This document shows, in pieces, positions 22,844 through 35,800 of a stretch of 64,000 nt of DNA; position 1 is the first letter of the stretch, and every line of letters starts with the position of its first letter. The position numbers were made by a program, and so were the translations under genes. The DNA comes from Gracilinanus agilis (lineage: Eukaryota): contig NC_058134.1 in assembly GCF_016433145.1 (NCBI RefSeq), positions 283,761,249 through 283,825,248 on the forward strand. Direction: 5' to 3'. Below the pieces are notes generated by a model, which did not search any database, had not been told where the DNA came from, and saw only the letters and a program-made list of their open reading frames with translations.

Positions 22844-25714
22844 TATTAGCTCCTAGGCAGAAGGCTGGTAAGGGTAGGCAATGGGAGTCAAGTGACTTGC
22901 CCAGGGTCACACAGCTGGGAAGTGTCTGAGGCCAGATTTGAACCTAGGACCTCCTGTCTCTAGGCTGGCTCTCAATCCACTGACCTACCCAGCTGCCCCC
23001 CAGAGCAGTACATTATGTGTCAGTGCAGTGATAAGTTGAGTGTCAAATTGTGTGCCGGAGGTGTGGACTTCCATCCTGGAAGGCTGTGACCACAGGAGAA
23101 ATTTCTCCAGACCAAGATGCTTAAGGAACCTGGGAGAGGGCAGCTTGGAGGTTTTATGTTGGCAGCACTCAGGACTAGACCCCTTTAACTCATTGGACAA
23201 TAGCCACTGACAGTAGCATTTGGGAAAAGGATCAGCCTAGGACTCAGTTCCAGAGAGGGAATGATCAATAGAAGCGGGAAGAGTGGGAGCATCACAGAGC
23301 TGACCATTTTACAGCAGCCTTACTCAGCCTTCCCTCCCCCACTCCTAGCCCTTCCTCCAAGCTCTCAACTGCAATGAGCCAGCAGAATGTTGGGGAGGAT
23401 GGGGTAGTGCCCAGAGCATCACTGACAAGAGTGGGAATAGGGAGTTAGGAGGGCCAAGAGAGGGGGAAAGCAGAGGGCTGGGGGAAGGGACTACTTATTC
23501 TCCCAGGGCCTGGGGTGTTTTCAGAGGAGAGGGTCTGGCAGAACATGACAGAGAGAAGTGCCAGGCTTCTTTTTTATTTTAAGCTCCTTCTCCCTACTTG
23601 GCATGACTTTGTCAGTTTCACAATTGGGTAAGCAAATGGTGCCCTGAGCCTGCGAACCAAACCAGCTCTATTCTTCATTCTCAGTCCCATCTAGGGCTCT
23701 CCTCTGGTGGAGAGGAGGGCCCAGAAGATGGGGGTATTCCTACCTGCCCCCTCTCTGTTCCTCTTTTCTCCCATGTCATCTTACCTCTTAATTATGCCCT
23801 TCTCACTTAAGTCTTGATTTTTAAAATTCTGTCTAATTTAAGCTTCTCTTGCCGTGGGTGAAGCCAGCCCATTTTCATTTGTCAGTACTTGGGAAAGATG
23901 GACACAAGCCTGCTCTCACTATTCTCCTGACCTTATCCTTTCTTTTTTAAGGATAAATGAATGACCTTGACTCTAACCCCCTTCCTTTTATTCATTTCTT
24001 TTTCTTTCTGGGATTCATTCTACCTCTGTTTAAAAGCAGAGTCTCATTACTAGGCTCCAAAGTTACCAAACAAATGCATGGAGCTAGGTGGAAGAGTAAT
24101 TTGCTTTGTAAGGATGGAGAGATTACGAGAGCATGAGGTATTGGGAGTTTATGCAGAGTATAGAGGAGAAGAAGAAGTCTTACAAACTGGGAAACCTAAA
24201 AGGAGGGGGATAGTGTAGTATTTGCTAGAGGGGGCTAGTGTGGAATGGTCAGACTGGTTCTCCACTGATTATCTTTCCCCTCTATCTTTCCCAGCCATGG
24301 CTCGGGCCTTAGTTTTGGACAGGAGTCAGAGGCATTCCAATTCTGGGGAGACTCGAGGTGAAGGTATATTTTATATGTTGGGGACTTGGAAGGAAGAGAT
24401 GGCCTCTAGGACAAAGGCTCCAAGGCTATCTTCTCAGATGAGGTAGAGGGGAAAGTAAATTCCATAGCCTTTATTTCAGGTTAGTAATTTGAGGTAGAAT
24501 AAGATGATCTGGAAGAGAATAGTAGAGAGTCCAACATAGCGAAGGGCATGAAGGTTGGAAGAGTAGGAGGCAGATTTGAGAAAACTCCCATTCCTGTTTC
24601 TGCTCTCTCTCTTTCCCCCTCTTCCTCCAGAAAGGGCCAAAGTCTCTGTTTGGTACTGGATGGTTCAACATTGGCCTATTGTTCAATAAGGTTCCAGGCT
24701 CTTTACTAAGAAACATAAGAGACTTGACTGCATCTTACAGGTAGGTCATTTGCCCAAATGTCCCACTGTTCTCAGCTTCCCCTTACTCTCTTCTTCCTTT
24801 TACTGTTTCCTCTGTGATTCCTCTCAGTCCTTATTCAAGAGCCCTTTACTTCCCTTCAGAGGCACAAATTTGTGGGTCTAATTTTATACTCAGCTTGGTC
24901 TGATGTCTGTTAACCCCCCCCCCCCCACTCTCCCTCCACCCCTTGCCTTCCCTCCTCTGACTGTCTGAGGGTTATTTATAGTCAGGCTAATTCTGGGAAA
25001 GCTTCTCTCTTCTCTCTGTCTTCATCTTACTATGCTGGGTGAGGTGACTTCCCAAATATTTGGACTGGGGAAGTCAGGAGAAGATTCTTGGCATGTGCTT
25101 GAACCCTGGGATTTGGTGAAATTGGTGGGTGGAATGGGGGTGAGAGGAAATAGAAATCATGCAGGTGCTGGCTAAGGGAGTGGTTGGTGTTTCAGGAAGG
25201 ATGATGAGGTGTGTCCTAGGTCTAGGATCTAGAGATCTGGGCTGAGGTTTAGGAGCCTTGGAAACCTGTCCTCACAGCAGTTAATCCTCTGGTCTCAGGG
25301 ATGAAGAGGTTAAAAATCTGGTCTGGGGGAAGGTCCTGGAGAAAATGGAGGAGGACACATAGAAGGTGGTGGTGGTGAGAGATAGAGAAGATACAGGACA
25401 GAAGTGGGACCTTAGGAAAAGCCTTCTGAGCAGACAAGAACTATGAAAGAGGAGTGAGAGACAAAGAGATGGCTACAAAGATTAAGAAAACATGAGAGAG
25501 ATCAGAGCAATTTTAGAGACGAGACAAAGATAAAGAAGAGACATTCTCTATGTCTATGTTCAATCAGAAAAATGCTGGAAACGGAAAAGACAGACTGCCA
25601 CAAGTAGTCATACCAGATGAGAGAGAAGGAACCCAAAAAGGGAAGGGGGGAGGTTTGGGACCTTCTAAATTGTTTCCTATCTCTTATCCTGGCCCTAGTG
25701 CTTAGCTGGCTGAG

Positions 25715-26663
25715 TTATATATAGAAGGGAAGTTGGAAAATGTTCCCTGGTCTCTCTTCCCCACCCCTTTTCTTCTCCTTGGCCTATTCCAGGAGTATGT
25801 GCCTGGGCCTTTGTCCCAGTAGTGTGGAAGGACAGACACACTGGTCCCATTTGGAATCCCTGAGCAACCCCACCCAAGCGCCCGTCTGGAGTTAGCCTAG
25901 CACGCTCCTCCTTTCCTCTCTGTGCCCTTGAATCCAAATGGGCAGAGGCAGGCACTGGAGAGCTGAGGGGACAGAGTCGGGTCTTCCCCTTCCTTAACCT
26001 TCCGCCTCCTCCCACGCTCATTCTTTCCACACTCTTAGCGCCTTGAACAGAAATCTCTCTTCTTTCACCCAGTGACTTTCCCTCGTGCTGTCTGCTCAGC
26101 TTTCTCTCTCCCTTTCCCCACATTTCCTCTGTTCTTTCTTCTCTCCCTTCCCTTCAATTTTTCTTTTTCTCCTCCAGCTCCCCTAAAGCTGAGGAGGCAG
26201 AAGTTGGAGCCCATAGAGCCTTTGCCTCAGGTTGGGCTCTAGCGAGATAGAGGGGAACGGAGGGAAGGCACTGGGTGCTCGGCATCCGTCCACAGGCCTA
26301 GGTGCTGGGTCAAGTCACATTCTGACCTCGAGGATCCTCTTTCCTTTTCCTTTACGTCTTCTCTCTCTTTTTTGTGTCTCCTTCTTCCATCCTTCTCTCC
26401 CCTCCTCCCCCTCACTCCCCACTCCCTTTCCTCAATTCTCATTACCTCCCCTCGGGTTCCCCCCTCTCCCTTCCAGCGCGCCGCCCCCGCCCCAGGCCGG
26501 CATTCATAGAAGAGCTTTCTCTAAGCGGAGGGCGGTGAAGAGGCGGGGCGGCCACCGGGGCTCTGGGGTGGGGTGGGGTGGGGAAGGCGCGGCTGAGTCC
26601 CTCCCTAGGCGGGACTAACGGGGTAGCCCCCGACCCTGAATCCTTGGCGGCTTCTTCCACCTG
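25715..26663 (+). promoter_or_regulatory. ITGA7 upstream/promoter region with MEF2-like site, G4 tract and E-box
   Basis: TTATATATAG 25715-25724 fits YTAWWWWTAR. (GGGGT)3GGGG 26565-26583, CACCTG 26658-26663, GC boxes around 26540-26550. Confidence 0.5.
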
Positions 26664-26889
26664 CTGGGATAGAGGGGAGGAGCTGGGGGAGGAGCGAGGG
26701 GCGGTGCTCTCGGGGATGGGCTTGGAGTGGGAGCCGGAGTTGGGGCTCAGCGCTGTCCGCAGTCCGAGCGGGGCGGGAGACTTGGGGTAGCCGGAGTGCG
26801 AGGCGTGGGAGAGCGATCCCGAGAGAGCTCAGGGGAAGTTCGGGCAACGGGAGGGGAGGGCGAAGATTTTGGGGCTCTGAGAGGTCCCC

Positions 26890-29800
26890 ATGGCTGGAGC
26901 TCGCCGCCCCCAGTTCTGCTGCCTCAGGATCTTCTTGCTCTTGGGGTGGCTGCTCTCCGAGGCCGGTGCCTTCAACTTAGACGTGATGGGTGCTCTGCGC
27001 AAGGAGGGCGACCCTGGCAGCCTTTTCGGATTCTCTGTGGCCCTGCACCAGCAGCTCCGTCCCCGTCCCCAGAGCTGGTGAGTCACCCAGTTCCAGCTGT
27101 TCTAGGATGCCCCCAGCCCTAAGCCCTAGTCTCCCCCATGCGCTCTGATCTTGCCGTAAGGCCTGGGATCCTGCCTTCTAGACAGAGCCCCGCCCTCCTA
27201 TCCTAGACCCCTAACTCCTCTGCTATCCACTGGTACGGGATCTGAGGACTGGAGCCTGGGGTCTTCCTCTGAGCCTGCCTCTGACGAGCTAATTAGCCTC
27301 CTGACCCGCCTCCCTCCGTTCCGAGAGTGGGTGCTATTATTCCAGTAGCGAACTTACTAGCGTTAGGACGGGTGATTGGGCTGGAGACCCAGTCCTCACC
27401 AGCAAAGTTTCCACTGGGGAGGAGACATACCACTGCCAGGCTGTGCAGGGGGGGGAGGAGGGAAGGGGCTGAGACTCCAGTGGAAGGCACAGAGGTTAGA
27501 CACCAGAAATAACTCCCCAGCAGTCCCGGTAGGGAGAGGGGAGAGGGGGAGAGACAGAGCCGGGGGGAGTGGGGGGAGGAGGAGAGGAGAGGAGAGGAAA
27601 GGAGAGAAGATGATGGAGTCTATTTCTAGGTTTTTTGTTTTTTAAATGAGATAGAGACCTGGCACCACTTGGCTAGGGTAGAGCAGGCGGAGGGATGGAA
27701 CAGGCGTTGGAAGCTATGATTCATTGCTCCGGCTGGGGTGGGCAATAGTCCAGGCAAACGGGGTCTCAAAAGAAGGAGCTATAAAAAAGGGATCCAAGTA
27801 ATTTGAGCCTTAGCTTCCCTTTAGACCCCCAGGAAGGATGCTGTGTTGTTGTTTCTCCCTCCTCTCCCTCAAGAACTCTTAGTATCCTAGAATCTTATCT
27901 GGAGGAAGATTGTGGGTGGGAGCCGAGGTTAGTTTCGGATCCCAAGAGATCTCTCTTAGGACCAGAGTGCCCCCATCAGGTATAGGGTGGACTCCTGGGT
28001 AATTTGTGAATACTGAGGACATTTCTTTAGCTACGATGTGTGAATGGGGGTTCTTTCATGAGGGGTAAAGATAAGAAAGGGGGAAAAATCTATCTGCACC
28101 AGGACCCTCCCTTTTTAGTCTTTCATGCTGTTTATTCCCGATTACCCAGGGCTGGGGTCTTGCTTCAAGTCGACACTCCAGAGCCTCCCCCAAGGCATAT
28201 TGAGCCCATTACTATGATCAATGCCAGTCCTCTGGGTCTCTCTTCTCTACCTGTCAATCAATTCTTCCGGAAGGGGCTGGGGCGGTAGTACTGGCAGGTA
28301 CAGCCTTTTCCCCTTACAGATGGGGTTGGCTAGTCACTCTTTCCTTGTCCTCTATTCCCTTGAGAGCAGGTCATGGCACTAAAACTCTTATAAGGTGATG
28401 TGTGAGGAGTGGTTCTCCTCTTTTGGAGTCCCTCACATTCTCTCCCATGGAGCTTTCTAACTCCTCTGTCTGCCAGATATCCAAGTCTTCCAGACTTGGA
28501 GACCTTTTTAGGACATGATGAGCACACAGTTATTTCTAGGGAAATTCTAGGTTATTTTTACCAGCTTAGTCCCCCCACCCCCAAGCTTTTGTAGCCCCCT
28601 CCCCCAGCATTGTCATTCTGGGGACTGACTTAGAGGGCAGAGCTTGACCTTCCCTTTCCCCTAGGGTGTGCTGGACTTGGGGGCGGGGGAGGCATTTGGT
28701 GGATGAGCAGTCTGCCAGGGCTATCTTCTACTTCATCTGGTGGACCCCTCCACATTCTGACAGAAAGATCTAGTCACTGAGCGAATGGCAAGATAGGTAG
28801 ATATCAGAAATTCTTCCAGGTGTAATTTCAGCATTGCTTCTTTCCTCTGTGCCCTCCAAACATTCTCTCCATCCTTCTTCCCCCAAAGTTAGGAGCCCCT
28901 GGACTGAGAGATGCTCATAGAAGAATGCTCCAGACTGGAGATCTTGGACTAGGAGACCCCCCCTGCCCAGAAAAGCCCCCCCAAGATGGGAGTCTCCCTT
29001 GGACCAAGAGAATTCTTAGACTGAGAGAATCTAGAGAGAAGTTTCCCACAGAGGGAAGCACTCCAAGAGCTAAGAGATTCCCCCAGAAGGGAGCCCCCAC
29101 AATGAAGGAATTCCTAGATTGAGAGACTTTACAGGAGAAACCCTACAGAAGAGACCTCATAGAAGGGAGCCCGTCAGACCAAGAGAATCTTTAGAGGGAG
29201 AGAGCCCCTAGAAAAGACTTTCCCAGAGAGAAGCCACCCAGACTGATGGAACCTTTGGATTGGGGGATCCTAGAGAAGATATTTCACAGAAGAAACTCTC
29301 TGTGCTGAGAGAACCCATAGAGGAGAGTACCCTAGATCTAGAGAACCTCTAGACTGAGAGAACTCATAGAGGAGACTTCAAAGACTCTCCCTAGCCTGAA
29401 AGACCTACAGAGGAACTCCCTTCAAACTTGAGCCCCTTATATCTGAGAGAATATGCAGAAAGATGCTTCTGCCTCTCCCTCACCCCCGAGAACTGTATCA
29501 ATCCCAGCCCTTCTGTGGTGGTGTCCTGGAAGTATGGAGGTTCACATGGACAAACGTCCCTCAGTTCATGCTGCCCCTGACCTTCCTATTCTTTCCAAAT
29601 TCTGAGAGTATTTCTTCCTTTTTTTCTCCTACCAGTGACTGCTACTGCAGCTACTGTTCCATCTGGATGTTGGAGAGGATCAGGGACTGGGAAGTTTGTG
29701 AGGGAGGAGGGAAGAGCCCAGAAACCTCAGTCAAGGCTGAGGATCATGAGCTGGAGGGATGCCAAGAAAGCCCAGAGAATCGTGAGGCCCAAGTTCTTGT

Positions 29801-32800
29801 GTCCATGCCTGTGCCCTTTGAGAATCTCTTCTCCATTACTCCAACTCTCTCTTTTCCCTTTTTCTCCCATGGGGCTGGGCCCATCTGGACACTTAGTTTT
29901 TCTGTTCCCAGAGTAACCTAAAGGACAGATTTTTTCCCATCCCCTCCTCACATAAGCCTGGCCCTGTGCAAATTCTGGTCTTAGTTCCAGCAACCTGGAC
30001 TCAGCGTGTGTATACAGCTGAGGGGCTCCCAGGTGTCTGCTGGGTGCATTTGGCCACTGTCTGGAGGCTGCTGAGGCTTTAATCTATATTGACTTGCCCA
30101 TGTGCCTGTCCCCCATCTATCCATCCATCCATTCTCCCAATGTTTATTGAGCACTTATTGTGTACAGAGAACCGGGCTAAGTGCTGCATGTAACACAAAG
30201 ACCGGAGCCTCCTCTGTAAAGTGCTCCATCAGCCATGCTAGGCATCATTATTAGTATTATGTGAGCATGCTAAACATTGCAGGGGCTTTCAGCCACTGTA
30301 ACGCTGACACGGAGCCACGTTATCCTTCCACAATATTCCTAGGGCCCCCTTCTCTTGACTCTCAGTTCCCTTAAAAGTTTTACTGCCCTGGGGCAACGAG
30401 GTTCAGTGGTTAGAGAGCTTGGAGTTAGGAGGATCTGGGTTCAAATATGGTCTCAGATACTTACTTCCTACTTATGTGACCCTGGGCAAGTCCCTGAACT
30501 CTAATTGTCTAGCCCCTTACTGCTGAGAAGGAAAAGTATGTTTTTTTTTTTTTTTAAGCCCTTACCTTCTATGTTAGAATTAATCCTGTGTATTGGTTCT
30601 AAGGCAGAAAAGCAGTAAGGGGCAGCTGTGCTGGGTGGCTCAGTGGATTGAGAGGCAGGCCTAGAGATGGGAGGTCCTGGGTTCAAATATGGCCTCAGAT
30701 ACTTCCTAGTTGTGTGACCCTGGGCAAGTCACTTAACCCCATTGTCTAGCCCCTACCATCCTTCTGCCTTGGAACTAACAGAGAATATTGATTCTAAGAC
30801 AGAAGATAAGGGTTTAAAATAAAAAAAAGAGCAATAAGGGCCAGGCAATGAGGTTAAGTGACTTGCCCAGGAGTCACACAGCTCACCATGGTCATTGGCC
30901 TCGGTCATGGGAAAGGGGGGTGAATGGGTGGGAAATGATTACTACTAGGATGGGAGGTAGAGCAAGGAGCCAGAAGACCTTAAAAGAATCGAAGAAAACA
31001 AAGTTTCCCCCAACCCTGGCTTTACCTCCTCAATTGGTGGCCAGATGCGCTTGTTTTATTTTTCCCTCTTTGTCTCCTCCAGCTCCCGAGCCTACCCACA
31101 CACTCCCACTCTTGGCCTTCTTGTTGGTTTGCCCCAGGGGGCTCAGGCATCCTCCATTCCCAGCATAACTCTCCCTTGGGGCCAGAGCTTTGGCTGTGAC
31201 TATGGAAAATTGTTGGGCCAAAAAAGTCATAGCTGGGAAAGCGGGAGCAGTGGTGGGGAGTGTGAGGGTAGAAGGAGGGGAGGGGAAATGGGGAGATGAG
31301 AAAAGGGAGTAGAGAAAGATGGGGTGAGGAGATAAAGGAAGATGGGGAGAATGCAGAGGGATGTGGAAAGAGAATGTTGTTGTAATGGGGGAGGAGAAAG
31401 GAGAATGGGGTGGAGGGACCACTGGAATGAGGGGAACGAGAGAGAAGAAGGGAAGGGCCATGAGAGGGAGAGTGGAGTTTGCAGAGAAACAGAGAAACCA
31501 TTCTGTCTCTTTCCTCACTTCACCCTGAGCGCAACTGGAAACATTAGAGATGACGGGCAAAATCCTGGGGAATTTGGGGGAGGTGGTTATTGATGTAATA
31601 ACTTAGCTTAGTGGGACCAAAATGAGTCTCCTGGAACGGGACATCCGGACAGCCTCTCCGTGCCAGCTGTGGGCACCTGTTGCCTTCACCCCAGCATTTT
31701 TGGCATCTTGTAGGGAACAAATTAGGTCAGAGAAAGGGGGCAAACTTGGCAAAGGAACCCTGGCTGTGGAGGGGGTGGGGCATTTAGGAACAGGTGTTGG
31801 GAACAAGCGGTTCTTTCAAATTAACACTACTGAGTCAAGGGAGAACATATGTTTTATACTCTTTGAGTGGAGATATTTGTGACTGAAGTCCTTGTGGTAA
31901 GAGTTGGGTCAGGGAATAGGGGTCAGTTTTGGGGCCCATCTGCTTGTCTAGAGGTGGTTAGGTGCTGAAGTGGATAGAGCACTGGATTCGGAGTCAGGAA
32001 GACCTGAGTTCAAATCCAACCTTGCACATTTGCTACCTATGTCCCTGGGCAAGTCATTCAACCTCTGCCTGTTTTAGTTTCTTCATCTGTAAAACAGAGA
32101 TAACAATAGTACCTACCTAATAGGTTTGTGGTAAGAATTCGGTGTAATAGTCTATGTAAAACATTTTGAAAAACTTAAAGCACTCAATAAATGTTAGCTA
32201 TAATTGTTATTACAGAAAGGGAAACTAAGGCACAAGGGACTTTTCTGAGGTCCCGCAGGCAGAAGTGTCTGAGAAGGGATTTTAATCCAGGTCCTTGGAC
32301 TCCAATGCAAGTGATTGGCTGTACTCAATGCCAGACTGTCTTTTTGGAGAAACCTGAGGNNNNNNNNNNNNNNNNNNNNNNNNNNNNNNNNNNNNNNNNN
32401 NNNNNNNNNNNNNNNNNNNNNNNNNNNNNNNNNNNNNNNNNNNNNNNNNNNNNNNNNNNNNNNNNNNNNNNNNNNNNNNNNNNNNNNNNNNNNNNNNNNN
32501 NNNNNNNNNNNNNNNNNNNNNNNNNNNNNNNNNNNNNNNNNNNNNNNNNNNNNNNNNNNNNNNNNNNNNNNNNNNNNNNNNNNNNNNNNNNNNNNNNNNN
32601 NNNNNNNNNNNNGGGGGGGGGGGGGTCAGTAGCCCAGACTAACCCTCATTCCATCTCACTGTCTTTGCTCTCTGATGACAAGTCTGCAAGCTATGCTATT
32701 ACACTGGTGCAAGAGTTAGATGCTCNNNNNNNNNNNNNNNNNNNNNNNNNNNNNNNNNNNNNNNNNNNNNNNNNNNNNNNNNNNNNNNNNNNNNNNNNNN

Positions 32801-35800
32801 NNNNNNNNNNNNNNNNNNNNNNNNNNNNNNNNNNNNNNNNNNNNNNNNNNNNNNNNNNNNNNNNNNNNNNNNNNNNNNNNNNNNNNNNNNNNNNNNNNNN
32901 NNNNNNNNNNNNNNNNNNNNNNNTTGGTAGGTGCTCCCCAAGCAGTGGCCCTCCCCAGCCAGGCAGCTAACCGTACCGGAGGCCTTTACGCCTGCCCTCT
33001 GACTCATGATGAGAGTGATTGCTACCGAGTGGACATCGACCAAGGAGGTTTGAGCTGAGGAGGGCACCTGGGTTGGAGGGATGGAGAAGGAGGAGGGTGG
33101 GAATGCTGAACCTGGCTTCTCTCCACCTTACTCCCTACTGTCCTGTCTACAGCTGAAGTGCAGAAGGAGAGCAAAGAGAACCAGTGGCTGGGTGTCAGTC
33201 TCCGGAGCCAGGGCCCTGGGGGCAAGGTCGTGGTGAGTGTCGGCTCTTGGTTCTTTTCACCTTCATTCATTGAGCTTGGCCTTAACACCAGGTTAGGTTA
33301 CTTCTTTAATAGAGAGATGTCTTGCTTAGTATATATGTAAAGTGCCATCCTAGGGGCTGGGCAGCAGACAAATGTACAATGCCCCTTCCCCTCAAGGATC
33401 TTCCATTCTTCTTTGGACTACAGCAACAACTGAGCCAGAAATGCCATGGGAGAAACTCTAGAATACTCTGAAATTTTGATAATAGTCACAGCTAAGGGCT
33501 AGCATTTATACCGAGAGCTTTATCCTGTGAAACAGATGAGGAAACTGAGGCTGAATGATGAGCCTGGGATAAGAGGTTAATTGACTCTAGTTAAAGTAGG
33601 TGAGGCAGTATTTGAACTCACATCCTCTTGGCTCCAAACCTCGAACCCTAGTCGAGTTTTAAAAGAATCCATGATTAGATGTGGGAGTTTCCTCTACCAT
33701 GAACATTTCAGACAGTCGTTCTTTGTTAGTTGTCAAATGTCCCACTCTCTTGGGCCACTTTCCCTTGTGGAGCGTCTCCAAACTTAGCTAGGCTGGTGCC
33801 CTGTTGACAGACAGCCTGCCCTGAGGACTCTGTTGTGAATTGTTCCAGCTGGGGGGACCTGGCAGAGCCTAAACTCCACCGATGGCATCCCAGGATCACA
33901 TCTGTGCCAGGGGAATCACTGAAATTGGGCTTTAGTGGGGGAGGAGTGTGAGATGTTAACTAGCAATGTCCAGATTAGGAAATGGTACCAGATTGCTTCT
34001 TCATTCAGCAAGCATTTTCTGATCACCTTGTCTGTTCAAGGGGCTGCCCTGGACCCTGGGACTCCAAAGCCCAAAGCAAAATGGATGCTGCCAGTCAGGG
34101 TCTTTGTTCTCTGGCAAACAATGATAACCTCCTCTACGGTGTGGTTACTGGATGAACAAAACACAGCCAATTCCTGGAGAGGGAGGGTAGGATTTGTCCT
34201 GGAGGGTTTCATGAAGGAGATGGTAGGACATGATTTGGGACTTGAAGGATGGGCATGATTTTTCATAAGTGGAGAAGAGGGGTTAAGGGATGATAGTGGC
34301 AGGTTTCCCATCATTCACTCGGTCCGTCCCTATACAGTCCACCCTCCCGAGGGTTGTCAAATTTTTCTTTCTTAAAAAAAAACAACCAAAAACCAAAACC
34401 AGTATTGGTTCCAAGGCAGAAGAGGGGTAAGGGCTAGACAATTGGGGTTGTGACTTGCCGAGAGTCACACTGCTAGGAAGGATCTGAGGCCAGATTTGAA
34501 CCCAGGTCATCCTGACTCCAGCCCCCTCACTGCCCCCAAATTGATTTTCCTAAAGCACCCCTCTGACTATGCCATTCTTCTGCTCACGAAGTTTTAATAT
34601 TTCTCTGTTGCCTTTGGGATGGAGTACAAACTCCTGGTGTTTTAAGCCTTTTTGCAATCTGGCTCCAGCCTTTTTTCAGGCTGATTCCATATAACTTCTC
34701 ATTGACTCTCTGGTCCTCACGGGATAGCCTGCTGTTCTTTCCTTGTACGAGGCATTTCCCACCTCCGTGCCTCTGTATGGGCTGTCTGTCTCCTGTCCCT
34801 GGAACCTCTGCCTCTGCCTTGGAGTCCTTGGCTCCCTTCAAGACCACCTTCAAGGGGTCTTTCCTAATCAGTCCTCGGCCCCAGTCACTGCCATATTTAT
34901 TTTGTAAGTACGTTGTATTCACTTCTCTGACACCATGACACTTAGCCTAGGAAGCTGTAAGCTCCTTGAGGACAGGAACTGGCTTACTCCAGTATTCCCT
35001 GCACAGAGCCACTGCCCTGCATATTAGCAAACACTTTTTTTTTTTTAAACCCTTGTACTTCGGTGTATTGTCTCATAGGTGGAAGATTGGTAAGGGTGGG
35101 CAATGGAGGTCAAGTGACTTGCCCAGGGTCACACAGCTGGGAAGTGGCTGAGGCCGGGTTTGAACCTAGGACCTCCTGTCTCTAGGCCTGATTAGCAAAC
35201 ACTTTTTTAAATGCTTCTGGATCAATTGACCCAGATAACTTCTGAGGTCTCTTCCAGCATCAAATCTATGACTTCTGGGTAATTATTGACAACGTGAACA
35301 AATGTGGCTATTAATAAGTATACATCTGGGGGCAGCTAGGTAGTTCAGTGGATAGAGAGCCAAGCTAGGGAGGTCCTGGGTTCTGATCTCACCTCATCTA
35401 CTTCCTAACTGTGAGACCTTGGACAAGTCACTTAACCCCCATTGCCTAGCCCTCACCGCCCTTCTGCCTTAGAACCAATACACAGCATTGATTCTAAGAT
35501 AGGAGGTCAGGGTTTATATATATATATGAATAGTGGCCAGGGGTTACAAGGTGGTGCAGGGCATGTAGTATTGGTAGGGGCCATTTTGGGTTGGCACTTC
35601 TGTGTGTCTTGGACCCTGTCTGTATCCTTGGGTACCAGAGTTGCAGTGTGGGGAGTCTGATGCCTTTGCCCCCCACATCCTGCAGACCTGTGCCCACTTG
35701 TATGAGGCAAGGCAGCGGGTGGCCCAGACCCTGGAGACTCGAGACGTGATTGGCCGATGTTTCGTGCTGAGTGAAGACTTGACGATCCGGGATGAGCTGG

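Noticed and set aside
23560-23620. Possible alternative upstream first exon of ITGA7 (donor GG|GTAAGC near 23608)
   Set aside because: The nearby ATG is out of phase with exon 2 and there is no other support.
32613-32725. 113-bp island between two N gaps containing TGATGA (C/D snoRNA-like box)
   Set aside because: No matching D box or terminal stem. It starts with a G homopolymer and is probably low-quality sequence.
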